From Azolla caroliniana (taxonomy: Eukaryota; Plantae; Polypodiophyta), in the NCBI GenBank assembly GCA_043228905.1, contig JBHGNT010000002.1, positions 11,222,001 through 11,286,000 of the forward strand: DNA of 64,000 bases, in the 5' to 3' direction. The notes below the pieces were generated by a model. The model had not been told where the DNA came from, did no database searches, and saw nothing but the letters and a program-made list of their open reading frames with translations. Both the position numbers and the translations under genes were made by a program. This document shows, piece after piece, positions 22,980 through 37,560 of the stretch. Position 1 is the stretch's first letter. The number at the start of each line of letters is the position of its first letter.

Positions 22980-25900
22980 TGACAGGAATACACGCTCCCA
23001 ATGAGCAACGCCTGGCCACAACCGAGCCTAGAATCAAACACAAAAAACAGGTAATGAACGCACGACACGGTGAAGAGAAGAGTACATAGGATGTTAACAT
23101 GGAAAACCCAAACTAGGGAAAAAACCACGGCAGCCCACAGACTACAAATTATCACTATATCACAATGTACAATAGTAAAGCACCGAGGCAAAGACTTCGA
23201 GCTTGCTATCTTCGCCAGAGGCGGCGGTTACAACAAAGCCAATGACCTCTTCCTCTCTCACTCTTTCTCTGTACACAGTTACGCACTCAAATCTTGCACC
23301 AACAAGAATTTAATCACTACAATGTTTGCCCTAAGTCATATTTATACTAATATGACTTTTCATCTAATTACAAATATAGCCACAATGGACTCACAGAAAC
23401 ATATTTACGAATATGTCCCTTCATCCGGTGAGCACTCCTCACCGGGCCTGCATCATCCGGCTCTTGTCGGGCACTCATCATCCGGTTTTCACCGGGCCTT
23501 CACCATCCAGCTCTTGTCGGGCACTCGTCATCCTGTTCTCACCGGGTCTTCCGTTGCCGAGTACTCCACATCCGGTTCTCACCTCGGCCTATCAGCCTCG
23601 GCCGAGTTTGCTCATCAACACTGTTCTTCTCACTTCCCATCCGGAGGGACCTGTTTCCTAACAAACTCCCCCTTCACTTTGGCAAGGGATGTCATACTAG
23701 TCCGATTTGCTTCTGACATGCATCCAGCTTGCCGGGTATCAGTACTTTGGTCAACATATCTGACCCGTTCTCGGCTGTGTAGATCTTTGTCAGTGCGAAC
23801 TCTCGATCTTCTACTTGCTCCCAGATCCAATGATACCTACGTTGGATGTGCTTCGTCTTGGAATGGTACGTTGTGTTCTTAGCAAGGTGGATGGCACTTT
23901 GACTGTCACAATAGAGCCGGTATTCATCTTGCCGGATACCGAGCTCTCCGATGAAGTCCTTCATCCATAATATTTCCTTGCCGGCTACCACAGCCGCCAT
24001 GTACTCCGCCTCCGTGGTTGACAATGCAACCGTCTTCTACAGCCTCGACTGCCACAAAATAGCTCCCCCTGCATATGTCATTACATACCCGGATGTAGAC
24101 CGACTGTTATCCACATCAGTCGACATGTCCGAATCGGTAAAGCCCTCAAGTTGTGGTTTACCGAGGCCGAATCGGAGACACATATCCGAAGTGCCCTTCA
24201 AGTACCGGAGTATCCATTTAACCGCGTTCCAGTGCTCCTTGCCGGGATTGCTCATAAACCGGCTCACCACTCCGACTGCATATCCAATATCCGGCCGAGT
24301 ACACACCATTGCGTACATCAAGCTCCCGACGACAGAGGCATATGGAACCTTCATCATATCAGCCTTCTCTGCTTTCGTCTTCGGGCTTTGCTTACCGAAT
24401 AGTCTGCAGTTTTCCAGGAGTGTCGATCCGACCAGTTTTGCTTCTAACATGTTGAACCGCTGAAGCACCTTTGTCACGTATTTCTCCTGTGACAACCACA
24501 ATTGCCTCTTTGACCAGTCCCGGATGATGTGCATCCCCAGTATCTGTCTTGCCGGGCCCAAGTCTTTCATTGCGAAGGTTCAATTGAGAGCCTTCTTCAG
24601 CATCTGTATTTTCGCGTGGTCCCGTCCGACGATCAACATGTCGTCCACGTACAAAAGGAGTATCAGGAAGTTGCCTCCTTCGAACTTCTTCACAAACACG
24701 CAATGATCGGACTGCATCTTGTGGTACCCTTGATCGGTCATGAAGGAGTCGAACTTCCGGTATCATTGTCGGGGGGCCTGCATCAACCCATAGAGACTCC
24801 TCCTCAATCAGCAAACTAGGTGCTTCTTCCCTTTCTCCACGAATCCTTCCGGTTGCTGCATGTAGATCTCCTCTTTGAGGTCACCATGAAGGAATGTCGT
24901 CTTCACGTCTAGCTGCTCTACCTCGAGGTCCATGCTTGCCGCTATACTCAGCACCATCCGGATGGAGGTCATCTTTACTACCGGGGCAAATATCTCGTCG
25001 AAGTCCGCGCCCTTCTTTTGCTAGAACCCCTTCACCACGATTCTGGCTTTGTATCTCGGGGGGTTGCCGGCATCTCCCAGTTTCAACTTGTAAACCCACT
25101 TGTTTCGGAATGCCCTCTTTCCTTTCGGCAACTCCACCAATTCATACATATGGTTCTGATGTAGGGAATCCATCTCATCCTTCATGGCATTTAACCATTT
25201 GCGGCTGTGGGTGTCATCCTTCGCTTCTTCGAAGCTTTCTGGCTCCCCCTCATCAGTTAGTAGCACATGCTCTGCATCAGGAAATCTCCAGGGGGCCCTT
25301 CTCTCTCTGAGAGGATATCTCCATCTTTGGGCTTCGGTAACCGGCTCCTCCATTTGCTCTTCATCCGAATCCGATTGGGCGTCTTGGCTGGTTTCGGTTT
25401 TAGCTTGCTCTACTTCTTCTTCTGCCGGATCGGTATCCTCACCGTAACCGGCTGGTTCCTCGAGTGCTAACCGGTCTCGTGACGGTTGGATTTGCCTATC
25501 GTAGAATCGATCCTTATCGGTCGACTCGAAGTTCATTATCTTGTTCTCCGACTCCCAGTCGGTGAGCGTCTTGTCCTCCATGAAGATAATATCTCGACTC
25601 CAGACTACCTTCTCGTCAGCCAGATCCCACACTCGGTAGCCGAACTCATCGTCGCCGTAACCGAGGAATATGCATGGCTAGGTCTTTGGATCCAATGTTC
25701 CTCTCCGGTGCTTAGCAACATGCACGTATGCAAGACACCAGAATACCTTCAGATGCCGATAGGATATTTCCTTACCGGTCTAGACTCTCTGTGGCGTGTC
25801 TCCGTCCAAGGGTACTAAGGGTGATCTATTTATCACATATGTCGCCGTCAACGGTGCGTCAGCCCAAAACTTCTTAGGTAGTTTTGCATGCACCAGCACA

Positions 25901-28496
25901 CTCCGGACCCTCTCCATTATGGTCCGGTTGATCCTCTTGGCCAGCCCGTTTAGTTCCAGCGTCTTCGGCACGGTAAATTCGAGCCGGATTCCCTTCGAGC
26001 GGCAGTACTCTTCGAACTGTCCCCGGTATTCTCCTCCGTTATCTACTCGAACCGCCTTTAGCTTCCGGCCAGTTCCTCTTTCCACTCTTGCGTGGAGCTC
26101 TTTGAAGATGGATAACACCTAATCCTTCGTCTTCAACGGTGTGGCCTACAACTTCCGGCTGTGGTCATCTATGAATGTTACGAAGTACTGCGATCCTGCA
26201 TGTGGCTTTGTGTCCACTTGACACACATCAGTATGCACCAACTCTAGTGGTGGATTACGTCTCATCGGTGGCCTTGGTCGGAAGGAGGTCTGGTTTTGCT
26301 TACCGGCCAGACAATCAGTGCACTTCTCCAAATGCACGTTCTTCACTGGAATGAGGTTGTTGTCTGTAAGCCTCTTAATCCCCTTCTCGCTCATGTGACA
26401 CAGCCTTTTGTGCCACAACTCACCGGTAGTGTCGGATGCCACGTTCACTTCCTCCGGACATAACCGTACATTCATCAGGTACAGCTGTTGACCTTCCGGG
26501 CCCGAGCCAAAATCAGGCTCCCTTTGCTTAACTTCAAAACACCGTTCCGGATGCTACCCGTGTAGCCTTCATCATCTAGTCGACCGGCCGATATCAGGTT
26601 CAGACGAACCTCTGGAACGTGTCGGACATCCTTCAACAACAACTTGCATCCGGTTCGTGTTGTCAACCACACGTCTCCTATGCCGACAATTCGGCATGTA
26701 CATTCATTCCCCATCTAGACACAACCGTGGTCACCGGCTGAGTAGGATGAGAAGCATTTCCGGTCCTGGGTAAGGTGGAACGACGCTCCGGATTCGACCA
26801 CCCAGGTCATCTCATCGCCGGCAAGGTTTAGCTCACTCTCCTCATTGATGAGCATCAACTCTTCTTCACTTGCCGCGATTGCCGTCGTTCCCTTCCGGTT
26901 CGTCCCCCTCCGGTCTTTACCGTTCCGGTCTGGTGTCCGCTTCGAATCGGTACCATCGGTTTCCATGTCTTTTCGGAAGTGCCGAGAGTTCTTTTGGAAG
27001 TGTCCCGTCTTGCCGCAATAGAAGCAGGTAGGCCTCTCCCATGACTTTGACTGTGTCCCCGACTTCTCCCGATTCTGGGGACTACGGTTCCTTTGTCTTC
27101 CGCGTTCCGATTCGGTAATGAGCACTTTGTAGTCGGAGTTCATATCCTTGTCTTTCCGACGCGCCTCCTCATCTAGCAAGCTCGACTTCACTCTTGCTAG
27201 GGATAACCGTTTCCCTTCCGGCCTGGCGTTGCCCAAAGTGACAACCAACGTCTCCCAGCTATCCTGGAGGGAACCGAGCAGGAGTAGCGCTAGTACCTCA
27301 TCGGAGAGAGGTACTTCCAATGATGTTGCCTAGTGGATCAGCCCCTGGAAGGCATTCATGTGCTCCGCCATGCTGGAGCCATCTTGGTACCGGAGTCTTA
27401 CTAGCTTCCGAAATACCGAAACCTAATTAACATTTTTGTTTTGAAACATAATGCCGATCTTCTCCCAGAGCTCATGAGCCTTGCTCTCTTCATTGAAGTT
27501 GTTGTATAGACTCATGTCGATGAAGCACCGTATGTACGCCGTTGTCTTCATGTGCAACACCTCCCATATCGTGGCATCGATTTTGTCCGATCTCTTGTCC
27601 CCGAACTGAACCGGCAACAAAAGATCTTTAACCACGAGCATGTCCCTCATCTTCGACTTCCACACGGAATACTTGGAGTCGGTGAGCTTAAACATGCCTC
27701 CCAACGATTCATCCATTTTCTGTGTCGTTTCACTCTGATACCAATTTGAGAGGAATACACGCTCTCGATGAGCAACGCTCGGCCACAACCGAGCCTAGAA
27801 TCAAACACAGAAAATGGGTAATGAACACACGACACAGTGAAGAGAAGAGTACAGAGGATGTTAACGTGGAAAACCCAAACTAGGGAAAAAACCACGGCAG
27901 CCCACACACTCCAAATTATCACTATATCACAATGTACAATAGTAAAGCACCGAAGCAATGAACTCGAGCTTGCTATCTTCGCCACAGGCGGCGATTACAA
28001 CAGAGGCAACGACTTCTTCCTCTCTCACTCTCTCTCTGTACACAGTTACGCACTCAAATCTTGCACCAACAAGAATTTAATCACTACAATGTTTGCCCTA
28101 AGTCATATTTATACTAATATGACTTTTTGGCTATTTACAAATATAGCCCCAATGGACTCTCAGAAACATATTTACGAATATGTCCCTTCATCCGGTGAGC
28201 ACTCCTCATCGGGCCTACATCATCCGGCTCTTGTCGGGCACTCATCATCCGGTTCTCACCGGGCCTTCACCATCCAGCTCTGGCCGGGCACTCGTCATGC
28301 GGTTCTCACCGGGTCTTCCGTTGCCAGGTACTCCACATCCGGTTCTCACTGGGTCTTCTGTTGACAGGTACTCCACATCCGGCTCTCAGAGGGTCTTCTG
28401 TTGCCGAGTACTCCACATCCGTTTCTCACCTCGGCCGAGTTTGGTCATCAACACTGTTCTTCTCACTTCCCATCCGGAGGGACCTGTTTCCTAATA
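22980..28496 (-). mobile_element. Ty1/copia element 2, full length, TSD GAAAC
   Basis: LTRs 27747-28496 and 22980-23663. GAAAC at 22975-22979 and 28497-28501. PBS TGGTATCAGAG (tRNA-iMet) at ~27733-27743. PPT AGTGAAGGGGGAGTT. Confidence 0.95.
23674..27716 (-). pseudogene. Copia gag-pol polyprotein, disrupted
   Basis: MDESLGG..., CFYCGKTGHFQKNS, VRVDNGGEY, FTDSD, YCDSQSAIHLAKN. Multiple stops and frameshifts. Confidence 0.92.
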
Positions 28497-29235
28497 GAAA
28501 CTTTGCCCTATTATCCAACAATATTTGACAATATTGTTTCTGCCCCAAGCCTCCCCTGCCCCTGAAATGGCCCGACTTCCAGTCGTGCCACCACAGTCAA
28601 AATGCAAGCTCGGCGAACTCACCCCGACGTACTAGGAGGAAGAAGAAAGTTCGTAGCGATCGAAACCCATAAGTATTGGTAGTCCTAAGGGGTCATTTTA
28701 TATGGGCCGATAACGTGCCACAGAACGGGCCGAGATGGAAATCGAACGGCTCTGGTCCGAACTCCGGCAACCCTCGGACAAAGATGCTGATATTCGGGCA
28801 AAAGGGCAAAAGAAATCACATATATGGAGAGGGGTGAACGCGATCTACGAAGAAGCTGCGACTGCCAACACACACAAAATTGACAACCTCAAGAAATGTC
28901 TTGAGGACTAACAAGCACGCACGTAGATGAGCACTGACCGCATTCGCATTCTCCTCCAAACAAAGCATGAATGCTTCAAGACACAATTGCAAGCAGCCCT
29001 AAACCGAGGTTGGGCCGAATGGGTGGCGTAGGCCGATCGGGAGAATTGCCAGAAGGAAGGAAAAGGCTTCGCAAGGGGACGATGAAGTCCTGGAGGTTAC
29101 CATGGCACGAAAATCACCAGGGTTCACACCATGTGATACCTAACACAACCCCAAGATCACGGCTGAAATAGAACGGGAGGAACCACGGCAGGAGCCGCGG
29201 AAGGAACCTCGAGAAGAGCCACTACGGGGTTTATT

Positions 29236-31354
29236 TGTTTATTGGCTTATCGGTTTCTGTTTATGTGGTTCGGTGAAAAAGATTACGTGCTGAAGCAATA
29301 GAAAACCGAACACAGAAAATAGCCAGGTTTAATGGAGAGCCTGAATATACACAGTACGCGGGAGAGAGAGAGAGAACACACAGAAACTAAATTCAAAAGA
29401 TAATACTCAATTTGTACATACACCGTGCTCAGTGAGCACCTTTTATACAAGCCCTACCAATAGGGCTAACACAAGTACTGACAGTACTTGACCACTCATA
29501 AATGAGCCTATTACGCTAACTCCCAAAATTATTCCTTACGAGGAATATTTTCCTAATGGCCTTCTGGTTTACACATTGATACAACCATGTTATGCGTACC
29601 GATTTACGCATCGGTCCGGCCTAACCGATCGGTCCCAACCAATCTGGTTCTTGGCTTGCAGAACCGATCCGGCCATGTTGTGCGTACCGATTTACGCACC
29701 CGGTCTCCACATTGGGTTACGCATCGTATTACGCATGAATGTTGAGCATGTCTCTCAACACTCCCCCTCAAGCTGAACTTGAGGTTCCACCTGCTCCGCC
29801 GAACCTATGCTCTGGTTCCTTTTGGCTTCACACCTCGCTCGCGCTCCTCGACCCGATCGATTCCGTGCGCCTCGACCCTTCTGGTTGGTTTGTCTACTTA
29901 CACGGCCCTTCTCAGCTTCCTTTTTGTTGCGGTGTTGGCGTCTCTTCTGCTACCTTCTCTCCCACTTGGCCCTTGGTTGATTCAGCGTATCCGAATCAAA
30001 CATCCGAACCAACTTGGCTTCCTCCGATCGATTTTCGCTCTCGTCCGAGTTGGTTGTCTCCGACTCGTTTCCGATCTTCTCGCCCTTCATGGCTTCATCT
30101 CCCCCATGCTTGGCTGGCTTTGGCTCTTTCTTCCGGCTGTTCCCCTTATGTCCGCTTTTGGACTCTTTCGCGGATCCGCCCTCGGCTTCTTCAGCTGATC
30201 CGAAGTCGAATCCGTCATCCGACTCGGCATCACGGTCTTTTCCGCTCCTTTCCTGCTCCCTTCCGTGGTCATTATGGACATCTCTCCGCCTCATGTTCAG
30301 CACGTCGAGGTGACCCGAAGTTCGACTTCATCGGAGAGGACACGCTCACGGACGAAATGGTCGTGCACCTCAATGTGCTTACTCCGGGCATGGAAGACGG
30401 GGTTCTTAGCTAGTTGGATGCTGCTAAGGTTGTCGCAGTAGATTGGCGTTGGATCGGATACCTCCACCTGCAGATCCTTAAGTAGCCGCTTCAACCATAT
30501 GGCTTCACATGTCACGACAACTGCTCCTCTATACTTGGCTTCGGTGCTCGACAATGCAACTGTCAGCTGCTTCTTGCTACTCCACGCGATCGCGGCACTC
30601 CCAAGAGAGAACGCGAAGCCGGACGTGGATCGACAATCGCTGGCGTTTCCGGCCCAATCATCATCGGTGTAACTGACGAATTGCGCGGCAGTATCGGCTC
30701 GATATAGTAGCCCCCGGTCCTTAGTGCCACTAACGTATCAGAGTACGCTTTGTGCGCACTGAAGGTGCTCCTCGATCGCACCGCGCCATGAACTGACTGA
30801 TCACCCCGACCAAGTAGCTTAGATCTAGTCGGGTGATGGTCAAGTATATAAGGTTTCGGACTATCTGTCGGAACCTAGTCGGGTCATATACCTTTCCGGA
30901 ATCGGGGCGAAGCTTGACGGTTCTATACAGAGGAGTCGAGACGGACTTACAATCGGCCATCCCGAATTTGAAGAGCATACTCAGCACGTAATGCCGTTGG
31001 CTGATCAATATGCCTTCGGGGGTGTAGATCACTTCGATCCCGAAGAAGTAATGAAGGTCCCTAGGTCCTTCATGTCAAATGACGCCGCGAGGTAGAGGTT
31101 TACGCGGTGAATGTCACCAAGGTCGCACCGGTGATGACCAAGTCATCAACATAAAGTAAAATACTCACCAGCTCGACTCGACCTTTTTAGGTGAACAGTG
31201 AGGAGTCCGATTTTGACATCGCTAAGCCCAACCGACGCAATCGTTGCGTTACCTTCGCGTTCCAGGAACGCGGGGCTTGCTTTAGTCCATAAAGGGACTT
31301 CTTCAATCGGCACACTACCGAAGTGTTCGTTCCGGAGTGAAATCCGCGGGGTTG
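29236..31354 (-). mobile_element. 3' fragment of a different copia family (RT-RNase H, 3' UTR, PPT, 3' LTR)
   Basis: CRLKKSLYGLKQAPRSW, LIYLTITRLDL, SSTEAKYR, IYCDNLSSIQLAKNPVFHARSKHIEV. PPT GAGGGGGAG precedes TGTTGAGAG at 29760. Left LTR edge is approximate. Confidence 0.8.
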
Positions 31355-32002
31355 TGTTGTCCAGAGGACAGAAATGTAAAATTAGGAAATTAGCAAACGC
31401 CGAGTCCGAGTATCACGGGCCACCGATGGCTCGGCTGTGTGTTAGGGGAAAAGTTATTTAAACGAGGAGCAGTACCTCAGAAAAGAGAGGGAGAAAACTA
31501 TAGGTGGAAGCACTAGCTTGGTCATTCGTAATTAGATACACTCGTAAGGTCACTGGCCATAGGCCGTGTTTTGTAATCTTTTCTGCCATAGTAATATAGC
31601 TTAATTCTGCCTATTTTTGCTGCATCAGTCTGTGGTTCGATCTATACCTATGAGTTTCACGCCGCCACGTCAATCAAAACCTCGCTAGTGTTTTCTCTCT
31701 GAGCCCTGTATCTCTCTCGACGCCTCTATACGAGCCTTCACGTACCACGCCCTTGAAGACCAATAGACGTAGATCTATCGAAGGTGTTCACCCAAAGGAA
31801 TGGGTAACACAATTTGGCACGCCCGGTGGGACAACTGTGGGTGCACAGCGAACTTCGTTGAAGGTAACCACCAGCCGCCGTTACGGCGCCCTCTCGCACC
31901 ACGAGGTCTCGGCCACCTGCCCGACGCCCTGAGCCAGTCGAAGGAACTTCCGACTCGGCGGTCACTGACCAATCCTTTCCCTATCAATCGGGGGCTTGTC
32001 CA

Positions 32003-33478
32003 GTGCAATCCTCGCCACCGAACACTCGATCGCGACTGGATTCACCACCAGAGGCCCCGTCGAGCCCTCCGGAGGTCAATCAACCGGAACTAAACTCTTT
32101 TCCGGTGCTACCAGAAGAACCACAGTACGACATCATGCCGTACCCATACCCACGATATGCCGACGGACCTGACGCGGAGTCACACGTCCGTGCCTTCATA
32201 TCCACGTGGCAGGCTAACCACTCCACGCACCGCCTCACACCAGCCGAAATCGATGCCTCGAAGATTGCCGAGTTGACACTCTCCCTCGATGGACTGGCCG
32301 CACGATGGTACTCTCGTCTCGAAATAGGAGAGGCCACCACTTTCCAAATCGTGCGCACAAAGTTCCTTGAACTTTTTCATTGCGAGGTGCCTAAACGGGA
32401 ACTACTATGACAATTCTTCTCTATATGCCAGGAATCGCACGAAACGGTTGCGCAGTTCACGATCCAGTTCCAGGATCTCTACAGACAAGTGGCTGATGAT
32501 GTCTCGGCACAACATATACCGGACACTTTCCTATCCAGTTTATGAGAGCCTCTACGAACGACTCTCGCACTTACAAATTTCGCCAACCATACTATCGAAC
32601 AAGTCATAGAGTGCGTTCTCGCCCTCGATTGGAACCAGCACGACACGGCCTTCTCGATGACATCCTTGCAAAACGTTCTTCCCCAAGAGGACAATCGCTT
32701 TCGCCAAGCCCTCCAATGCACTGCGTGTTCAGGATCAGGACACCTGGCCCTCGAATGTCCCCACCGACCACAGTGTCCGATCTGTCAATCTCGAGCTCAC
32801 ACGGTCGAGCAGTGCGAATATAATATGTTGAACCGCACAACGGCAACACCGGTCCGCCAGATCGAGCCACGCAATACATACTCTTAGCAGGACGAGCGAT
32901 ATATCTACCGCGACCAGGATAACGACCAATCGCGATCCCCGGATCGATGGCGCCGAAACAACGAATACCAACGTGATAATCGTCGTGATTATTATCGCGA
33001 TGACCGGCACGACGATTATGCTTGATACGATGACGATCGCGATGATCGGTATGACCGAAGGAACTCACGCATGGATCGGCGAAATAGCAATCGCAACACA
33101 CGCAACATCAGAAGACCTAATCACAACCGCCGACGGGACACTCCTCAACATGACCAGCACAACTCCAACGCACCTCGGAACAACCCACCACCAAACGAGA
33201 CCGAGGATCAACAACAACAGCTTCCACACACAGACTGAGCGGACACAAGCAACTCGGCCAACGTGACAGGTTTTAAATGTAACCAACCATGCCACTACGC
33301 CACGCAATGTCCGACAACCAATCGTGGCAAGGCACCCGCGGTAAACAGTATCATGGTCGATGTTCAAACGGTCACTACCCAGAGTAAAGCGCAGACTACT
33401 CAGTGGCAAATCCAGGATGAAGTACGATAGGCAACAAAAGAATGGGTCGACACGGCCAATAAAAATAATTCCGCACGC
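32003..33478 (+). pseudogene. Gypsy B gag (degenerate)
   Basis: PDAESHVRAF..LSLDGLAARWYSRL..KFLELF; CTACSGSGHLALEC and CPICQSRAHTVEQC knuckles; Arg/Asp-rich linker. Contains stops. Confidence 0.8.
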
Positions 33479-36400
33479 ATGCAAACTGACATGAGGGACG
33501 GGCCCAGTGAAGTACCACAAACCCCGACACAACCCACGTCGTCGGAGGACGACCAGCTATGGGATGTGCTTACCAATTCCCGTATCTTGCTGCCCCTACA
33601 TAAACTGCTACCACTCATGCCAAGATTTCGGGACACCCTGGCGGCACTACAGGCCAATACTAAGACTGTGACACCACCGGTACACCTCACCAAAGCAGGT
33701 ACAGGTCCACCACTCATGGATTCTCAGAACCCAGCTGTGCGAATCATCATTAAGGGACAAGACCTGCACGGATGCATCATCGACGGCGGATCCGGCATAA
33801 ACGTTATTAGCGAGTCAACGTGTCTCAACCTCGGCCTGAATCAATGGGAACGATGCCCCTTTTGGCTTCAGATGGCCGACACCCGCTCCGTTCGCTCCAT
33901 TGGTTTAATCTGCCATCTCGACTTCACACTCAGAGGCCACATGTTCACGATCTCGGCCGTAGTGCTACGACTGGAGACACAAGGCGCCTACCCAATGTTA
34001 CTAGGTCGACCATGGTTGCTTACAGCGAATATCAAGCAACATTGGCAACACAACATGATCTCGTTCCGAAGAGGGAAGACAAAAGTCAGAATCATCACTG
34101 AAGAACGAGTCCCCGTCGCCCTCAACACTTCGCCGTTATACGTGGAAGGGGTCCATATGCTCGACGGATTGGCCGATGAGGAGGTCGATGACTTCCTAGA
34201 TGATCATCCCACGATCATTCCTCTCTTTGAAATCAATGCCTTACCAACCATCGAGCCATCTAAAGACGAGGAAGTCACGGAGGAGTCACCACCCCAGGAT
34301 GAACCCGATGCAACCACAGTTGCCGAGCTACGTCATGCTCGGGAGGCTTTCAAACGCGAACTCGCCATTTCACAACGAGTGAAAGCATCAACCTTGGAAA
34401 CAATAAACCTCGGTTCGGACGAGAATCCCCGTACGGTACAAATTGCCAATAATCTACCAACTGGCGAACGGGCATGCCTCGTAAAATTACTCACCGACTA
34501 CCAGGATGTTTTTGCTTGGTCTTACACCGATATGAAGGGGCTGGATCCTCAATACTACCAACATCAAATTCACATCTTACCCGACACTCGGCCGGTTCAG
34601 CAGAGGCGCTACAGGATGAACCCCAACTACGCCGCTAAAGTCAAAGAGGAAATTGACAAGTTACTCCAAGTGGGCTTCATTCGCCCTGTTAAACGGGCTA
34701 CATGGTTGAGCCCGATTGTAGTGGTCCCCAAGAAGAACGGAAAAATCCGCGTCTGCGTCGACTATCGGAAGCTTAACGCGGCAACAGTCACCGACAGTTT
34801 CCCTCTCCCATTCACGAATAGCATCCTCGACACGGTAGCCGGCCACGAATGCTACAGTTTCCCTGACGGGTTCAACGGCTATAACCAGATAAGAATGCAC
34901 CCGGAGGATCAGGAGAAAACTGCTTTCATCACGGAATGGGGAGTTTTTGTAGCAGAAGTTATGATGTTCAGTCTAAAAACAGCGCCAGCTACGTTCCAGC
35001 GCATCATCACTGAAATCGTTCATGACTACATCCCGGCGTTCATGCAAGTTTTTCTCGACGATTTCGTCGTGTATGGCCATCGACGGGAACACATGACCCA
35101 GTTACGACTCTACCTGGACCGATGTCGCCAAGCTCGACTGAGTTTAAACCCGACGAAATGCGCGTTCTTAGTCACCAGCGGCAACCTTCTCGGCCACATT
35201 GTTAGTCAAGAAGGCATCGCTATGGACCCGGATAAAGTAAAGGCAATCCTGGATGCCATTGAACCCTCGAACGCTAAGGCACTAAGCTGTTTTTTGGGAC
35301 AAATCCGGTGGCACAGCCAAATGATACGACACCTGGCCGATTTCGCGACACCCTTACACGCGGCAGTCCATCGCCTTCCTTTCCAATGGAAGTCAGTCGA
35401 GGACACGGCTTATCAGACCCTCAAACGAATGCTGTCACATGCCCCGGTGGTCCAGTCTCCGGTTTGGTTCGAACCGTTTCATGTCTTCGTAGATGCTTCG
35501 GACATCGCCATCGGAAGTGCTCTGATGCAATGCACACCCCCGAATTGGTATAGGCCCGTGTACTACGCCAGCCGACGGCTCTCGACCGCGGAAAAGAATT
35601 ACTCCACCATCGAGCGGGAGGCTCTCGGTATGATTTATAGCATCAATAAATTTCAGCATTACCTCTTGGGCCGAAAATTTACCTTTCACGTGGATCACTC
35701 GGAACTTATTTATTTGGTCAATAAACAAGCCCTCACCGGATGGTTGGCTCGGTGGATGCTCCTACTACAAGAGTTTGATTTTCAGATTCAGCATCGACCC
35801 GGGGTACAACATGCCGTCGCCGACTACTTGAGCCGTCTTGAGTCAGGAAAACCGGCGAAAACAACGTACGACGAGCTACCGGACGCCAACCTATTTAACC
35901 TAACCACGGTACTAGACGATAACGGAGATGAATGGATCACGGAGATGACCCATTTTCTCACTACCGGTGTACCTCCCGAGCACATGACCCTTGACACGAG
36001 AAAACGCCTAGCAGTGCGTAGCCGGAATTTTTGCCTCGTCTCAGACATTCTCTACCACAAAGGCTCGAACGGCATATGGTGCCGAGCGATTCGGCAGTTC
36101 GAGAAGAACGCGGTTCTTCAGGAAACCCACCAGGGTGTAGCTGGGGGACACTATGTCGGGGATTCCACGACAAGGAAAGTTTGGCAAAGTGGATTATGGT
36201 GGCCGACAACAAAGAAAGACACTCACGAGTTTTGCCGGCAGTGCGATTTGTACCAACGTCTGGGGCAACCAATGGAACAGTCACGAATGCCACACCAGCC
36301 GATTCTTCCGTTGGACCCATTTCAAAAATGGGGTTTGGATTTTGTAGGTCGTTTCAAACCACCCGCGGCCCGAACAGGGAATAGATATATTCTGGTTGCC

Positions 36401-36812
36401 ACGGATTACTGCACCAAATGGGTCGAGGCTAAGGCACTCTGAGATAACACAGCGGCATCCACGGCTAAATTTGTGTACGAGCACCTCTGGTGCCGTTACG
36501 GATGTCCAATCGAGCTCGTTAGTGACCAAGGTGGGCACTTCATCAATCATATAATACGTGAGCTTACACACCACTACGCGGTGGTGCACAAGAAAAGCAC
36601 ACCATACTACCCGCAGGCGAACGGCTTGGCAGAATCAACAAATAAAATCCTCCAAACCATACTGAAGAAGATCGTCAATGAAAACAGGACCGATTGGGAT
36701 GACAAACTCCAGAGCGCGTTGTGGGCATATCGTACGACTTTCAAAACAAGCATCCAATCGACCCCCTTTTGAATGGCGTTCGGGTTAGAAGCCGTAATGC
36801 CCATCGAGTTCA
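33479..36812 (+). pseudogene. pol: Gypsy B pol (PR-RT-RH-IN): 987-aa open stretch, stops in IN, C-terminus deleted
   Basis: [54 protein letters not shown] at 36440-36442 and 36770-36772. Confidence 0.92.
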
Positions 36813-37560
36813 TCGATGCCCCCGCGCACCTAGATGCCCAAACTGTGGCTAAAGTCCCAAAGCCATCACCAACAACGTTCTTCGGGCTGTTTTGGACCTG
36901 CAACGGGGAGGGGACCATGAGGTCGACATACCCCCGACATCAAAGATGAAGGCATACTTCGGTGAGTACTCAGCCATAGGGAAGGCATATTGCACGTATG
37001 GCGGGCCCAACAAAGCTTTCGGGGAAATTGCTCGTATATTGATGGAGTATGCGTTCGTGCATATGAACCCAACGAGCATGCCGCAGAACAAGGCAACCAT
37101 CATCATCAGCGCTTATGAAGGAAACAGAATCGATTGGGGAATCATCACAGGCGAAGGACTCCGCGCCGCCTTAGCTTCATTTCAGTCCGGTAAGAAGATG
37201 TTGTCTGTTCTTACCCACTTTTTGATGGTTCTATACCCACCCTCCTCGCTTCCTTCCCCGCGCACACTCACGTCCCCACCACCACCACGAAGGCAGAGAG
37301 AAAAATTCGTGGCCATCAACCACGAAGCATGGGAGGAGCCCACATCGCCTTCACCCCCTGCCGCCGACCAAAACACCGCATCTGCACCACCACCTGCCCA
37401 ACCCCAACGAAAAAGGGTAGTTTCCGAGACCTGCCAAGAATGGGAGGAGGAGGTAGCCACGGAAGACAACACGGCCGATGACGTCACCATTCGACAGCCA
37501 ATGTCGCGCCCCTCGGTAACGTCCCCAGGACCTAGCCCACGCCCCGACACACAACAGGCT
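36813..37560 (+). pseudogene. Gypsy B accessory ORF
   Basis: AYEGNRIDWGIITGEGLRAALASFQSGKKMLSVLTHFLMVLYPP aligns by eye with element A (4489-5000, minus) and with 22900-28560. Confidence 0.7.

Larger units (their letters stand above)
22777..29220 (+). pseudogene. Fragment of Gypsy accessory ORF, split by copia 2 (22980-28496)
   Basis: Removing copia 2 gives ...FQVGRK|LCPIIQQYLTILF, matching 4489-4890. 28880-29030 (KIDNLKKCLED..TDRIRILLQTKHECF..QLQAALNRGWAEW) matches 3332-3535. Confidence 0.75.
31355..37560 (+). mobile_element. Non-chromoviral Ty3/gypsy element B (3'-truncated)
   Basis: 5' LTR 31355-31811 (TGTTGTCC...CA), PBS TGGCACGCCCGGTGGGAC at 31815-31832 (tRNA-Arg-type), degenerate gag, pol, accessory ORF. 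Confidence 0.88.

Noticed and set aside
29739-30413. Overlapping ORFs of 100-224 aa on both strands
   Set aside because: Low-complexity purine/pyrimidine-skewed copia 3' region with no recognisable domain.
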